From the NCBI GenBank assembly GCA_030603385.1, contig JAUVXW010000006.1, forward strand, positions 32,001 to 96,000: a stretch of DNA of 64,000 nt. The letters are read 5' to 3'. Both the position numbers and the translations under genes were made by a program. Within the stretch, counting starts at the first letter, position 1. Each line of letters opens with the position of its first letter. The notes below the pieces were generated by a model that was not told where the DNA came from, searched no databases, and saw only the letters and a list, made by a program, of their open reading frames with translations. The DNA is from Promethearchaeota archaeon (lineage in GTDB: Archaea > Asgardarchaeota > Lokiarchaeia > Sigyniarchaeales > SOKP01). Shown one piece after another: positions 1 through 10,447 of the stretch.

Positions 1-1719
1 AGTATATTTTAACTTTAATTTAGATTCTAATATTCCAACTTCCTTATCTCCTCTGTATTCTTTAACATGGCTATTCCATCTTAAATTTTGAATTTCAAGT
101 ATTTCTGAAATTTCTTTTTTAGCTGATTCTAGCAATCTGACGACTTTAGAGGATGAATCAACCTTTTCTATCCACTTTAATAGGTTCAATTCATAATCAT
201 AAAATGCTTTAATGATATCCATTCCTAATAATACTAATTCAATTATATCTTCTTTCCTTGACTGATCTTTTGGTATAGTTATGCTTAACATTAATTCTTC
301 TAACAATTTGATTGCTTTCCCCCATCTATTATATATACCTTGATGGATAATAGGCCATAACTCAAATATTAAATTATTGTCTAATATTGAGAGGATATAA
401 GAGATAGATATCCCCATGCCAATAACTCTTTTCAGTTCTGTAGAATCACAGTATTCTACAGTATCCATTGATGAGTGATAATAAGGATCCTTATGTCCAA
501 ACATAAGTGAGGGTATTCCGAAATATGAGTCCGCAAAAAGAACATGGTCACTCCCTCCTTCAAAACTTGTTATTCGGTAACTCATTGGAACTTTTGTTCC
601 ATTAATCGCAATACCCTTAGGATGATCAGCAATCTTCTTTATATAAAGTGATGCAATATCATTAAGGATTGATGGAGTGGAATGTGGGGCCAAATTAACC
701 TCTAAAGGATACCCTATTTTAAGACGATGTTCACCAATCATATCTAAATTAAGACAGGCTAACACGTTGTTAATTTTATTTTTGTGATATTTCATCCACG
801 GGGCGGTCCCATTAAACTCGGGCACCCATGCAAACCTGATAGTTCTTTTAGGTTGTTCTAATACCTTTTCGTCAAGTAAATATTTCATTGCTCTTGCTAG
901 CTCTAATAATCCTGCAGCTCCGCTAGCATTATCATTTGCACCTGGAAATGGATGGCATAAATGAGCAATAACAATTATTTCTTGCTCAGGATATTCTGTT
1001 CCTCTAATAGAAGTCGTTATTACTTCTAGATTTCCATTCATAAATTTCGCATTTATTTTCGCATGTACGTTTACTGGCCCTTTTTCTAATAACTCTTTTA
1101 AGTAAATAGCTTGTTTGTAAGAAATGCTAAAACCAAATTTAGCTTTATCAAGCCGGTCACGAGTAGTAAAAAAACTATTATAAATTCGCTTATCTAATTG
1201 ATCTCCCGTTCTTTTCAAATCAGGATAATAAATCACCCCTAGTGCTCCTGAACTTTCGATGTAGGAATGAAACTTATATGTTGGACTAGAAATCAATATC
1301 AGTTTACCGTCGATATCCTTACTTTCATAATCTTCCTTTTTATCCCCTTTTCCTATATCAACTACTTCAGCTATAATATCACATGATTTTGAATGTGTTA
1401 CAATAGATGTTTGAATTTCATTATAATCGCAAAGTTTTATTCTTTCTGGCTCGGTAATCCAAAGCTCACCAGACTCAATTTCCCATTGGTAAGCTGCGAC
1501 ATATCCCCAAGCATTATTTTTTCCATCAGCAGGGGATTTAAAGTGTTCAATCTCCCTATATCCAATCAGGGATAATTCATTCTTTATTATCTCAGCAATT
1601 TCGTGATACCCCTTAGAACCTTGTATTCTGCTAAATTGAGATATCTTTGCGACCCAATCCCAAGCTCCTTGCCCATTAACTTCAGATAAAATATCATTAA
1701 GGTATTTTTCAATATCCAT
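1..1719 (-). CDS. M28-family / DUF4910-type aminopeptidase with PA domain (3' end runs off the window)
   Basis: Not in the ORF track. Manual translation from ATG 1719: MDIEKYLNDILSEVNGQGAWDWVAKISQFSRIQGS...IAHLCHPFPGANDNASG...RFAWVPEFNG; metal-binding HLCH/GANDNASG/PE motifs. No stop seen before the window edge. Confidence 0.85.
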   Translation of the reverse strand, partial: MDIEKYLNDILSEVNGQGAWDWVAKISQFSRIQGSKGYHEIAEIIKNELSLIGYREIEHFKSPADGKNNAWGYVAAYQWEIESGELWITEPERIKLCDYNEIQTSIVTHSKSCDIIAEVVDIGKGDKKEDYESKDIDGKLILISSPTYKFHSYIESSGALGVIYYPDLKRTGDQLDKRIYNSFFTTRDRLDKAKFGFSISYKQAIYLKELLEKGPVNVHAKINAKFMNGNLEVITTSIRGTEYPEQEIIVIAHLCHPFPGANDNASGAAGLLELARAMKYLLDEKVLEQPKRTIRFAWVPEFNGTAPWMKYHKNKINNVLACLNLDMIGEHRLKIGYPLEVNLAPHSTPSILNDIASLYIKKIADHPKGIAINGTKVPMSYRITSFEGGSDHVLFADSYFGIPSLMFGHKDPYYHSSMDTVEYCDSTELKRVIGMGISISYILSILDNNLIFELWPIIHQGIYNRWGKAIKLLEELMLSITIPKDQSRKEDIIELVLLGMDIIKAFYDYELNLLKWIEKVDSSSKVVRLLESAKKEISEILEIQNLRWNSHVKEYRGDKEVGILESKLKLKYT

Positions 1720-1815
1720 GATCTAAACAAGAATGAATGTTTTTTAATTATTTTTAATTAAAATGTGAAGCAATTAGAATAAAATATACTTCAATTGGAT
1801 TTTTTCTTTTCTTTA

Positions 1816-3180
1816 TCATTTATTCTCTAAATCAAGTCTCCTTTTTAATAAAGTATCTCTACATTCCTTAAAATCATTAGGATAATAAAAGTATGGAATG
1901 ATCCAAAAGAGTGATCCAGTTAACCAAATAATTAAAACTACAAAAACAGCAAAAGGTAACAATGACATATTCCTTTCGATCATGGAAGATATCAGCAAGT
2001 TTCCAATAATACCCCCGAGATTCACCATTAATCCATTCATAGCATTTGCTGTACTTCTAACCTCAGGTAGAGATACCTCTGAATAAATAGCAAATTGATT
2101 TCCAGAAGAGAAAGCTACAAAAAAAAATCCTAAATAACCTATTATCACAAAAAATATCCAGGAAAAGACAATTTGAAGCGTTGTTTCAGTATAGAATGGT
2201 ATTAAGTAAAATGCCAATAAAAGAGAAATTCCTACAATAAGACCGATTAACGAAACAATCACTCGGCCTTTTAACTTTCCGGATCTGAAATATCGATCTC
2301 CTAATCTTCCTCCTATAATGGATCCAAGGAGAGCACCACTTCCAGCTAGAATATAAATAGTTGTGACTATTAATTCAGAATCAGTACCATTTATTTTAGT
2401 ATTTAAATAAAAGATTGCCCATATCCCAAGTGTAGCATTAGCTATACCTGAGCATAGCACTGAAATTAATATTCCTCCTACTGATCGTGTTCTAAATAGT
2501 TGCTTCAGATTACTATAAGTTATTTTGTAGTTATAATTTATTTCACCTTTAAAATTCTTAAATTCGGGTTCTGAGCGTAACCGTTCTGGTTCTATAGCTG
2601 AGAAAGTATAAAAGATTAAAGTAAATAGTCCGAGTATAAATCCTACACCATAGGCAATTCTCCATCCTAAAGGTCCGGCATAATTTCCTAGCAACCCTCC
2701 AAATATAATCCCCATGCCTGCCCCTAAAGTTAAACTAAATGACATCATTCCATATCTTTTTCCTCTATCTTTAGGTGAATAGAAATCTCCAATCATAGAA
2801 AAACCAAGAGGTAAAAAAGCTCCAGTTCCAATTGCGCCTACTATAATAAAAAAGAAGTAATAAAAAAAATTTAATGATAAAGAAGCTAAACCAAATGTAA
2901 AAACCCATACAAAATTAGTATAGATAAAAATTTTCTTCCTTGAAATTTTTTCTGAGATTTTATCTCCATAATAACCAAATACTAAGATACTAATAATCCC
3001 GATAATTAATGCTGAAGCTGAAACTATTCCAATTCCAAATTTTGTTGTTTTAGGAAGATATATCAATAAATTATCTATATTCACAGGTAAAATTCCCGCA
3101 CAAAAAAATATCATGAAATAAAGAAGAAAAATCGAGAGGAAAGTTTTTTTTCTGTTTTCTTGATATGATTCACTCATCAT
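1816..3180 (-). CDS. MFS transporter
   Basis: About 12 hydrophobic segments; motif-A-like GYYGDKISEKISRKK and GRLGDRYFR. Confidence 0.9.
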   Translation of the reverse strand: MMSESYQENRKKTFLSIFLLYFMIFFCAGILPVNIDNLLIYLPKTTKFGIGIVSASALIIGIISILVFGYYGDKISEKISRKKIFIYTNFVWVFTFGLASLSLNFFYYFFFIIVGAIGTGAFLPLGFSMIGDFYSPKDRGKRYGMMSFSLTLGAGMGIIFGGLLGNYAGPLGWRIAYGVGFILGLFTLIFYTFSAIEPERLRSEPEFKNFKGEINYNYKITYSNLKQLFRTRSVGGILISVLCSGIANATLGIWAIFYLNTKINGTDSELIVTTIYILAGSGALLGSIIGGRLGDRYFRSGKLKGRVIVSLIGLIVGISLLLAFYLIPFYTETTLQIVFSWIFFVIIGYLGFFFVAFSSGNQFAIYSEVSLPEVRSTANAMNGLMVNLGGIIGNLLISSMIERNMSLLPFAVFVVLIIWLTGSLFWIIPYFYYPNDFKECRDTLLKRRLDLENK

Positions 3181-3283
3181 TCAAATCTGAATTAGCCTAT
3201 AGTATTTTTTTTGATATTTTGAATAATAATATTTGAACTTCATCTTATAATAGTGTTTATTTTATTCAAAAAGAGAAAATTAT

Positions 3284-5512
3284 CTATTGATTTATATCAA
3301 CTTTGATAAACTTGCCGATACCATTACTCAGTATTTTTAGAGTTTCCTCTTCTAATTCCTCTGGAATATGTCTGAAAGAAAAATCTTCGAGTGCTGGTAA
3401 GAGATTCTGAAGAGTTAATCTGGTTAAATAGTCTAATTGATCACATAAAGCAATTAATTGAAAATGAGTTGAATTCTCAATTAATACAGCGCCTTTACTT
3501 ACGGTAAAATAATTCACTTGTTGTTGTAACATATATTTCCTTACATTATTCCATAGATCATGAAATCCTATGAGATAATTTGCATCTTGAGGAGATCCAC
3601 TCTTATCATTTTGTAAAATTAATTCCCAAGCAGAATCTTGTGTTCCTATAAATATTGTTTGCACAATACTTTTCTTTTTTGACTTAGTCTCCTCAGATTT
3701 TCTGAATGTTAATCTTTGAAACATTCTTCGTAAAACTGAGCCTGCTGATTTTTCTATTGTACCAGTATTTAACTGTTCTAAATTTACATTTATATCTTTT
3801 TCAAGACTTGATAAATTAAATTCCTGTGCTGTTTTTAATGCTTCTTCAAAGTAAAGTTTTGCTTGTTCGGGTAACCTACTTTCTGCCGCTAACAATCCTT
3901 TAAGTATAACCAATCTGCAAAGATCTAAATAACTTTGATTTTCAATAGCAATAGTCTTTGCTAATTCCAAATGATTATAAGCATGATTTAAGTGCTCTAG
4001 ATTCCCAGTTTCTTGGAAATATTTAAAATATCCTTCAACTAGCCTAATTTCAATATCACTCGCATCTTCAACAGATTGGTTCATAAACATAATTTCTCTT
4101 TCTTCATTCAGATGATCGATCAATTCTGACCAATTGCCAAGTAATTCTCCTTCTATGGCTTGCAGATCATGCATAAAAATATTGCCTACTGGCGATTTTA
4201 AGAAATCTGAATCATTTGGTAAGTTATTTCGTACAAAATCTAATAGTTCAAGAGAATCTGTTTTACCAGCAATTCTTTTCAGAGTAGAAAGTAGATCAAG
4301 TTTATAATAAGTAGGTACATTTTCTTCTGAAAGAACTTTTTGGCATAATTCTTTTGATTCATCATAACGTTCAGAAATAAATAGTGTCTCAGCAATAATA
4401 CTCAATAATGAACTTCTTATAAAAAACTCTTCTTGGACAATTGGCAATTCTAGTATAGCCTGTTGACGTTTCAGAGCTTGATCATATAATCCTTGTTTGG
4501 ACTCAAGAACTGACATATTCGATGAAATTACCGCATGAGTTCTTTCGTCACCCATTTCTTCGCTCACTTTTAACACAATCTCGAAGATTTTTAGTGCTTT
4601 TTCTAAATCTCCACTGGATTGATTAACAGCAGCATAAAAATTTCCTACAACACTTATGATTTCTCGATTATCTAATAATTGGCCAAAATTAAAAACGGGT
4701 TCTATTACTTCTATAGCTTCATTTATTTTTCCAAGAAAATATAACCTAAAGCCATAATACCCTTGTAAAAGCATTAATCCCGTTTTCATTTCTATAGAAG
4801 TTTGGTCACCCCATTCCTTTTGACAATTATCATATAATTCCTCTAAGAGATTATAAGCGCTTAAACGAAGAAAAGCTTCAGCTTTTGCAATTGCTGCTTC
4901 TAATTGAATTATTGGTGGAGCAAACTTGAAGTCAATTCTTTTGGCTATTAATATTAACTCTGATGAGGGCGCAAACCTTGCTTGTAATCGTAAATATATT
5001 GGATAACTCCAAGAGCTAGGCTCATATTTATAATTTAGAAGTTCCTTACCTTTTCCAATTATAAAACCCCATTTTACCGCTAAGAATGTAAGTAATTGAC
5101 TATGAGGATTATTATGTCTTAAATCCGTTAAATACTCATACCATTCGCCTATAGTTTTATTTTGTATCCCTGAAATTGTAGTAAGAATATTTATTTCTTC
5201 TTCATTTGCTAAAGATAAATAAGCCCGTAGTTCTAGAGGAACGAGACGCTGAAAGGTGATCCATAGATCAGGAGCTCCTTTTCCCGCTTTTTTTTCTTCA
5301 TAGTAATCTTTATGAGCACGATATTCTCCCTTTTCATCAATTACAACAACATTGATATGTAAAGAATCTGAATCAGTAGGGTGCCCTACCCGGATTGTAT
5401 ATAGTTTTCCAATCATTGTATTACCTGACTCAGACTTATGGATGTAGGTATTTGGATTAATAAGGTTAAAAGTGATCTTCTTATCACATATTTTACAATT
5501 AATTTCAGTCAT
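3284..5512 (-). CDS. TPR-repeat protein with N-terminal CxxC/His zinc-ribbon-like domain and C-terminal small alpha/beta (longin/roadblock-like?) domain
   Basis: CKIC...H...H N-terminus; TPR-like helices (GDLEKALKIFEIVL, GLYDQALKRQQAIL, EQAKLYFEEAL); GAGGTG RBS. Confidence 0.7.
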   Translation of the reverse strand: MTEINCKICDKKITFNLINPNTYIHKSESGNTMIGKLYTIRVGHPTDSDSLHINVVVIDEKGEYRAHKDYYEEKKAGKGAPDLWITFQRLVPLELRAYLSLANEEEINILTTISGIQNKTIGEWYEYLTDLRHNNPHSQLLTFLAVKWGFIIGKGKELLNYKYEPSSWSYPIYLRLQARFAPSSELILIAKRIDFKFAPPIIQLEAAIAKAEAFLRLSAYNLLEELYDNCQKEWGDQTSIEMKTGLMLLQGYYGFRLYFLGKINEAIEVIEPVFNFGQLLDNREIISVVGNFYAAVNQSSGDLEKALKIFEIVLKVSEEMGDERTHAVISSNMSVLESKQGLYDQALKRQQAILELPIVQEEFFIRSSLLSIIAETLFISERYDESKELCQKVLSEENVPTYYKLDLLSTLKRIAGKTDSLELLDFVRNNLPNDSDFLKSPVGNIFMHDLQAIEGELLGNWSELIDHLNEEREIMFMNQSVEDASDIEIRLVEGYFKYFQETGNLEHLNHAYNHLELAKTIAIENQSYLDLCRLVILKGLLAAESRLPEQAKLYFEEALKTAQEFNLSSLEKDINVNLEQLNTGTIEKSAGSVLRRMFQRLTFRKSEETKSKKKSIVQTIFIGTQDSAWELILQNDKSGSPQDANYLIGFHDLWNNVRKYMLQQQVNYFTVSKGAVLIENSTHFQLIALCDQLDYLTRLTLQNLLPALEDFSFRHIPEELEEETLKILSNGIGKFIKVDINQ

Positions 5513-5584
5513 TTTAACACCTCATCTCACTTGATAATTAGAAGATGAGAGTTTTTATTCAATTATATAACTCCTTTTATTATT

Positions 5585-6187
5585 TTACTTAAGGTGTTTT
5601 TTACTCATTTTTGTAATCTCATCTAATAAATTATCAATACCTCTACCATCTAAAGAACATGTTTCTATGTATTTTTGAAAATATTTCTTTTTTCCAACTA
5701 CAGACTTGATTAATTCATTTGATATATTTCTTTCTAAATCTATTTTATTTCCTACAAGAATTAAACCTGCTTGTCCATTTTTAGATTCATTAGTAAGGTT
5801 CATTAATTCCATCCAATCATTTAAATTTTCAAATGACTCATATACATCAACTGAAAAGACAAATATGTAAATGTCTATAGATTTGGTTACTTGATCTTTT
5901 ATGATATCTAAGGGATGTGCGCCAGGAGTTCTTTGCCCAGCTAAATCATAGCACTGAAATCGCAAATCTTTATATGCCCATGATTCTATTTCCATAAATG
6001 GTGTACGGGTGATCTCTTTACTATCTAATACTTTGCCCCCATTAGAGCTATTTACATATTGTGTTGTTTTCTGAATTAATGCTTGTACCATTGTTGTCTT
6101 TCCGACTGCTCCATCTCCTACAATAGTCATTCGAACTAATTTTCTTGATTTCTTTAATCTTTTTAAGAATTGAGATAATTTCCCCAT
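5585..6187 (-). CDS. Ras/Rab/Roc-like small GTPase
   Basis: G1 GDGAVGKT, G2 T, G3 DLAGQ, G4 NKID, G5 TCS. Confidence 0.9.
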   Translation of the reverse strand: MGKLSQFLKRLKKSRKLVRMTIVGDGAVGKTTMVQALIQKTTQYVNSSNGGKVLDSKEITRTPFMEIESWAYKDLRFQCYDLAGQRTPGAHPLDIIKDQVTKSIDIYIFVFSVDVYESFENLNDWMELMNLTNESKNGQAGLILVGNKIDLERNISNELIKSVVGKKKYFQKYIETCSLDGRGIDNLLDEITKMSKKHLK

Positions 6188-6624
6188 GTGAAATACTCCT
6201 AATATTATATTAAATTAATTGTTGAAAAATTGTCCCTAATTAAGGAAGTAGCTATGTTTTTTAATGGTGATTGTAAGATATTAAAGTAATCTTTAAAACG
6301 TTAGTACGTGTTATTAAAAGAAACAAAGGATTTGTCAAATATTTCATTTGACAAAAGCGATTTTACCAAATTTCTAATGAAACGCCAGTTGCTTAGAACC
6401 ATTGAATGTAATTGATAACTAAAATAAATTCAATCTTATGTGTTATAAAACTAATGTGATATCGAAATATATATTAAGAATATAATTATCACTTTTTTCT
6501 TTTAATTATCCTTACCTTGAATGTTATTACCTTTAAAGGATTTGAATAACTTATTTTTGTATTCTTTTGTAAAAAGAAGTAATAAAGTAGTGAATAGCGA
6601 ATTTTATATCAATAATAGTTTTGT

Positions 6625-7899
6625 TTAATTAAAAACTGAGTTAAAATCTAAATATAAATTGAATTCTTTTGTTCTATTATTAAAATCTTGTGAAGCATTT
6701 TCTATTATCTTCGTGAGAGTATTATAATTTAGTTCCTTTTTAAACTTTCTATCCCAATTCCACCAATTGGGTAAACCTGTGAAATGTACATTCCATAAAT
6801 GTTCAATATTTCTGTTAGATCTTTTTTCAACCTCTTTTGCGAGTAGAACCCAAAATAAAATAAGATTATTGGAGATTTTGTCATCTTCTCTAATTGGACC
6901 TCTAAAAAATTTATTAAAAGCTAATAACATTAGTATAGCTAAACCATACTTCATTTGGATTTTCATAGTATTAATTAAATATTTCTCTTTCAGATTATCC
7001 CAATTTATTACATCAGTTATTTTTTCTATGTCTTTATTTATACTCTCTTTTACTCTTTCAAAATAAAAATCTTTTGTTAAATATGGTTGAGTATTAATAT
7101 ACTGAAAAATTCGAAGAGCTCCTGCTATTCGCCATTCTATCCATTCTTGAGAATAAGTTAATGCTTTATTCAAAGCCTTTTCTTTATCTGGCCATAAGCT
7201 TAAGATACCTTTTAATTTATTGTTGATTTCATCATAATAATCTGTATAATGATCATAAATTCGAGCATAAGAATAACCTAATATATCAATATATGTGAAA
7301 ATCTCTAATAGATCAATGAATCTATTAATATTATCTATGTTAGTTAATAATTCATTAATCTCTGTATCGTTTAATAACGAATAAACTCCATAAAAAGTAG
7401 ATTCACCTGTATAGATTGTGGCAAATAACAGATGATATTGAATTACTTTATTAATTAGTAGCTTTTCAATATCTGAAAGCCCAAATAGTTCGAGTAAATT
7501 CTCTCCAGAAATCAATTTGTAGCTATGATAAGGATGATCTTTTTTATCAACTAATCTTCCTATATCGTGATACATTAAAATAATTGGGATTATTAACTCG
7601 TTTTGAGAGTCTTGATTCAGCAGTTTTTCTCTAATTACATTTAAAGATTCTTGTGAAAGGGTTTCATGGGAGAACTCTCCATTTTTTATTAGAAAGAATA
7701 TTTTAAACAGTCTAAATATATGTCTTACTGTTCTTTGGAATTCTTCCTTTTCTCCATTATTTCCATCTTGAAAAATTTTCTCTAAGTTCGGAAAAATAGA
7801 TAATAGACGATTGTAATCATTAGATTTATCAATTTCAGAATAAGAATCAATCCAAGAGAGTTCCAAGTTTGAAAATATATTATGAAGCTTATCTATCAT
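6625..7899 (-). CDS. HD-domain protein
   Basis: H...YHDIGR...H...H...D pattern; start overlaps the upstream stop (ATGA). Confidence 0.65.
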   Translation of the reverse strand: MIDKLHNIFSNLELSWIDSYSEIDKSNDYNRLLSIFPNLEKIFQDGNNGEKEEFQRTVRHIFRLFKIFFLIKNGEFSHETLSQESLNVIREKLLNQDSQNELIIPIILMYHDIGRLVDKKDHPYHSYKLISGENLLELFGLSDIEKLLINKVIQYHLLFATIYTGESTFYGVYSLLNDTEINELLTNIDNINRFIDLLEIFTYIDILGYSYARIYDHYTDYYDEINNKLKGILSLWPDKEKALNKALTYSQEWIEWRIAGALRIFQYINTQPYLTKDFYFERVKESINKDIEKITDVINWDNLKEKYLINTMKIQMKYGLAILMLLAFNKFFRGPIREDDKISNNLILFWVLLAKEVEKRSNRNIEHLWNVHFTGLPNWWNWDRKFKKELNYNTLTKIIENASQDFNNRTKEFNLYLDFNSVFN

Positions 7900-8858
7900 A
7901 ACTTAACAACTCTTTTTTCTAATAATTGAAAGAATGGCTCTATATCAATATTGCCCCCACTTAAAATAATACCAACTTTCATATTATTTACATTAACTTT
8001 CTTTGAGAGTAAGGCTGCCAAAGGAACTGCACCTGAAGGTTCGACTATTAATTTCATCCGTTCCCAAAGAAATCTCATTGCATTGATGATTTCCTTTTCA
8101 GAAACAGTAACTATTTGATCTACAAATTCTCGAATAATATTAAAGGTTCTCTCACAAATTGAAGTTCGCAAACCGTCAGCAATGGTATTTGGATAAGTAC
8201 TTTCTATTATGTAACCTGCTTGAATGGATTGATAGGCATCATCTGCCATTGAAGGCTCAACCCCAAAAACTTGAGCTTTTGGACATAAACCTTTAGCAGC
8301 AAGGGCAGTACCACTCAATAACCCACCACCACCAAGTGGCGCAATTACCATATCTAATTCTCCAATCTCTTTTATTAATTCATATGCTGCTGTTCCTTGC
8401 CCACATATTATATTGTTATCATCATATGGATGAATTAGAAAATAATGATATTTTTCAATTAACTTTTCAGTAGTTTGAGATCTAGCTTCTAGTGTATTAT
8501 CGCAAAATATGATTTCAGCACCATAATTCTTAGTAGCATTAATCTTATTTGCGGGAGCTCCTTTTGGCATTACAATTGTGGCATGAATACCTAATATCGA
8601 AGCCGCAAGCGCAACAGCTTGGGCGTGATTACCACTTGAGTGTGTAATAACCCCAGTTTTCTTTTCTTCTTCTGAAAGTAAACTTAATGCATAATAGGCT
8701 CCGCGAAATTTAAACGCCCCAACTCTTTGAAAATTTTCACATTTAAAATATATTTCTGCTTGTAATTTTGAATTTAATGTCCTTGAAGTCATTACTGGAG
8801 TTTTATTTGCAACATCACTAATTTTCATAGATGCTTCTTTTATTCCCTGAAACGACAT
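7896..8858 (-). CDS. PLP-dependent threonine/serine dehydratase (serine racemase-like)
   Basis: KCENFQRVGAFKFRGA, SSGNHAQ, GGGGL, EPSGA, SGGN. Confidence 0.92.
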   Translation of the reverse strand: MSFQGIKEASMKISDVANKTPVMTSRTLNSKLQAEIYFKCENFQRVGAFKFRGAYYALSLLSEEEKKTGVITHSSGNHAQAVALAASILGIHATIVMPKGAPANKINATKNYGAEIIFCDNTLEARSQTTEKLIEKYHYFLIHPYDDNNIICGQGTAAYELIKEIGELDMVIAPLGGGGLLSGTALAAKGLCPKAQVFGVEPSMADDAYQSIQAGYIIESTYPNTIADGLRTSICERTFNIIREFVDQIVTVSEKEIINAMRFLWERMKLIVEPSGAVPLAALLSKKVNVNNMKVGIILSGGNIDIEPFFQLLEKRVVKL

Positions 8859-8955
8859 TAATATTCTAACTATTAATTTCTAAATTATATTTTTAAAAGT
8901 CTCTTAGGGATATAAGTATTTAGAATAATTAAGAAATTATAACTCTAATCGAAGT

Positions 8956-9069
8956 TCAAGGTCCCCAACTGATAATTTTTTCCCTGTTGGACTTAATTTT
9001 TAGCCTTGCAATTTTATGATAATTACGCCTAGTAATTCTACGTAAGGTTATTGCCTTGATATTATTCAA
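8956..9069 (-). pseudogene. Possible remnant of a GNAT acetyltransferase N-terminus (37 codons)
   Basis: Manual translation from TTG: LNNIKAITLRRITRRNYHKIARLKIKSNREKIISWGP*; resembles the I-x-L-R-x-I-T-x-x-N start of diamine acetyltransferase-like GNATs. Confidence 0.3.
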
Positions 9070-9108
9070 TGGGGTGTTCTCATCTGTCGTGCTTATAATA
9101 AATCCTTT

Positions 9109-10104
9109 TTAAACTTCTAAAAGAATCTTAACAAAATCTCTTTCTCTTGGTTCGACATATTTTTCGAAAGCTTTTTGGGCATCTTTTAAGGGAACTACTT
9201 CAGATATAAATTCATTGGCTTCTACATTATAATTAACAAATATATCAATAGCTGCTAAGATATCTTCACGATCATGACCTAAGCATCCTTTTAAAGTAAC
9301 TTCTTTGGAGTTTATCATAAAGAAGGGAAAGGGGATACTCCCCTTATGGATTCCCTCAAGTACAATTGTTCCCCCTCTTTTTATTAAAAAAATTGAATCT
9401 GATAACGTTTCTTGATTTCCAACACAATCAAAAATGAATGTAGGTTCTCCTAGATTTTTTATCGTCTTTTTTATTTTAGCTCTTCTTGGAGGTACTGCTG
9501 CGGTTGCTCCAAATTGTATTGCTTTATTTCTTAAAAATTCTTGCGGTTCAACTACAACTACATAGTTTGGATCTTTCAGAATTAATAAAGCTTTTAAAGT
9601 AGTTAAACCCACACTACCTCCTCCAAATATTAATATTTTTTCCTTATCTTTAATTTTTGTTAGTTTAAACGCTCTAATCGCTAGTGAAAATGTTTCAATC
9701 AAAACTGCTTCTTTTATTGATATTTTTGACGGAATTTTAAATACCCATTCTTTTGGCACTTTAACATATTCTGCAAATCCCCCATCCTGAAATGTACCTA
9801 ATCCCTTTAGTTTACCCTCACTAAGATCAAGTGAAACAGTAAAACATACAACCTTGTCTGCTATTTTTACTTCAGAAACATTCTCTCCTATCTCTGCAAC
9901 TTCACCTGCTATTTCATGTCCCATTACTAAAGGAACCTGATACATTTTATATTTAAAATTTGTTATATCCGACCCACAAATACCACAGTAATGAACTTTA
10001 ACTAAGACCTCATCAAAACCGAGAGTTGGTTTCGGATAATTTTCTCTATACACAATTTTTTGAATATCCTCAAAAACTGCTGCTTTAATTGCTTTTCTCC
10101 TCAA
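9109..10104 (-). CDS. Zn-dependent medium-chain alcohol/sugar dehydrogenase (MDR family)
   Basis: CGICGSD, GHE, GGFAEY, FGGGSVG; TTG start. Confidence 0.88.
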   Translation of the reverse strand: MRRKAIKAAVFEDIQKIVYRENYPKPTLGFDEVLVKVHYCGICGSDITNFKYKMYQVPLVMGHEIAGEVAEIGENVSEVKIADKVVCFTVSLDLSEGKLKGLGTFQDGGFAEYVKVPKEWVFKIPSKISIKEAVLIETFSLAIRAFKLTKIKDKEKILIFGGGSVGLTTLKALLILKDPNYVVVVEPQEFLRNKAIQFGATAAVPPRRAKIKKTIKNLGEPTFIFDCVGNQETLSDSIFLIKRGGTIVLEGIHKGSIPFPFFMINSKEVTLKGCLGHDREDILAAIDIFVNYNVEANEFISEVVPLKDAQKAFEKYVEPRERDFVKILLEV

Positions 10105-10447
10105 ATTAGTTTTAGTTGTACAAGATTACGTTTTAATAAGTTTTTCACTATTAATCCAATATTAAAATTTTTAACCCAATAAAATTTTCGTTTATGTGAA
10201 TGAAATCTAACACATAAACTTAAAGGATAAATAAAAATTAAATATTTTTTTTCAATTATTCTGTCTTTAATTTGATTAGTTTTACGAGATATGATATTGC
10301 TAAAAAGGAAATACAAAAAAGATTCCCATTTCAATTATTATATCGTAATTAATATTTTAAAAACAATGTTTTTAAGTAAATAGGTTGAATATATTTCATT
10401 TATTTTTTTCATTTATAAGTTTTTAAAATTCTTAGGAGGTTTAAGAT

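Noticed and set aside
10101-10334. 77-aa ORF upstream of the dehydrogenase
   Set aside because: Very AT-rich, low-complexity translation lying in a divergent promoter region; likely spurious.
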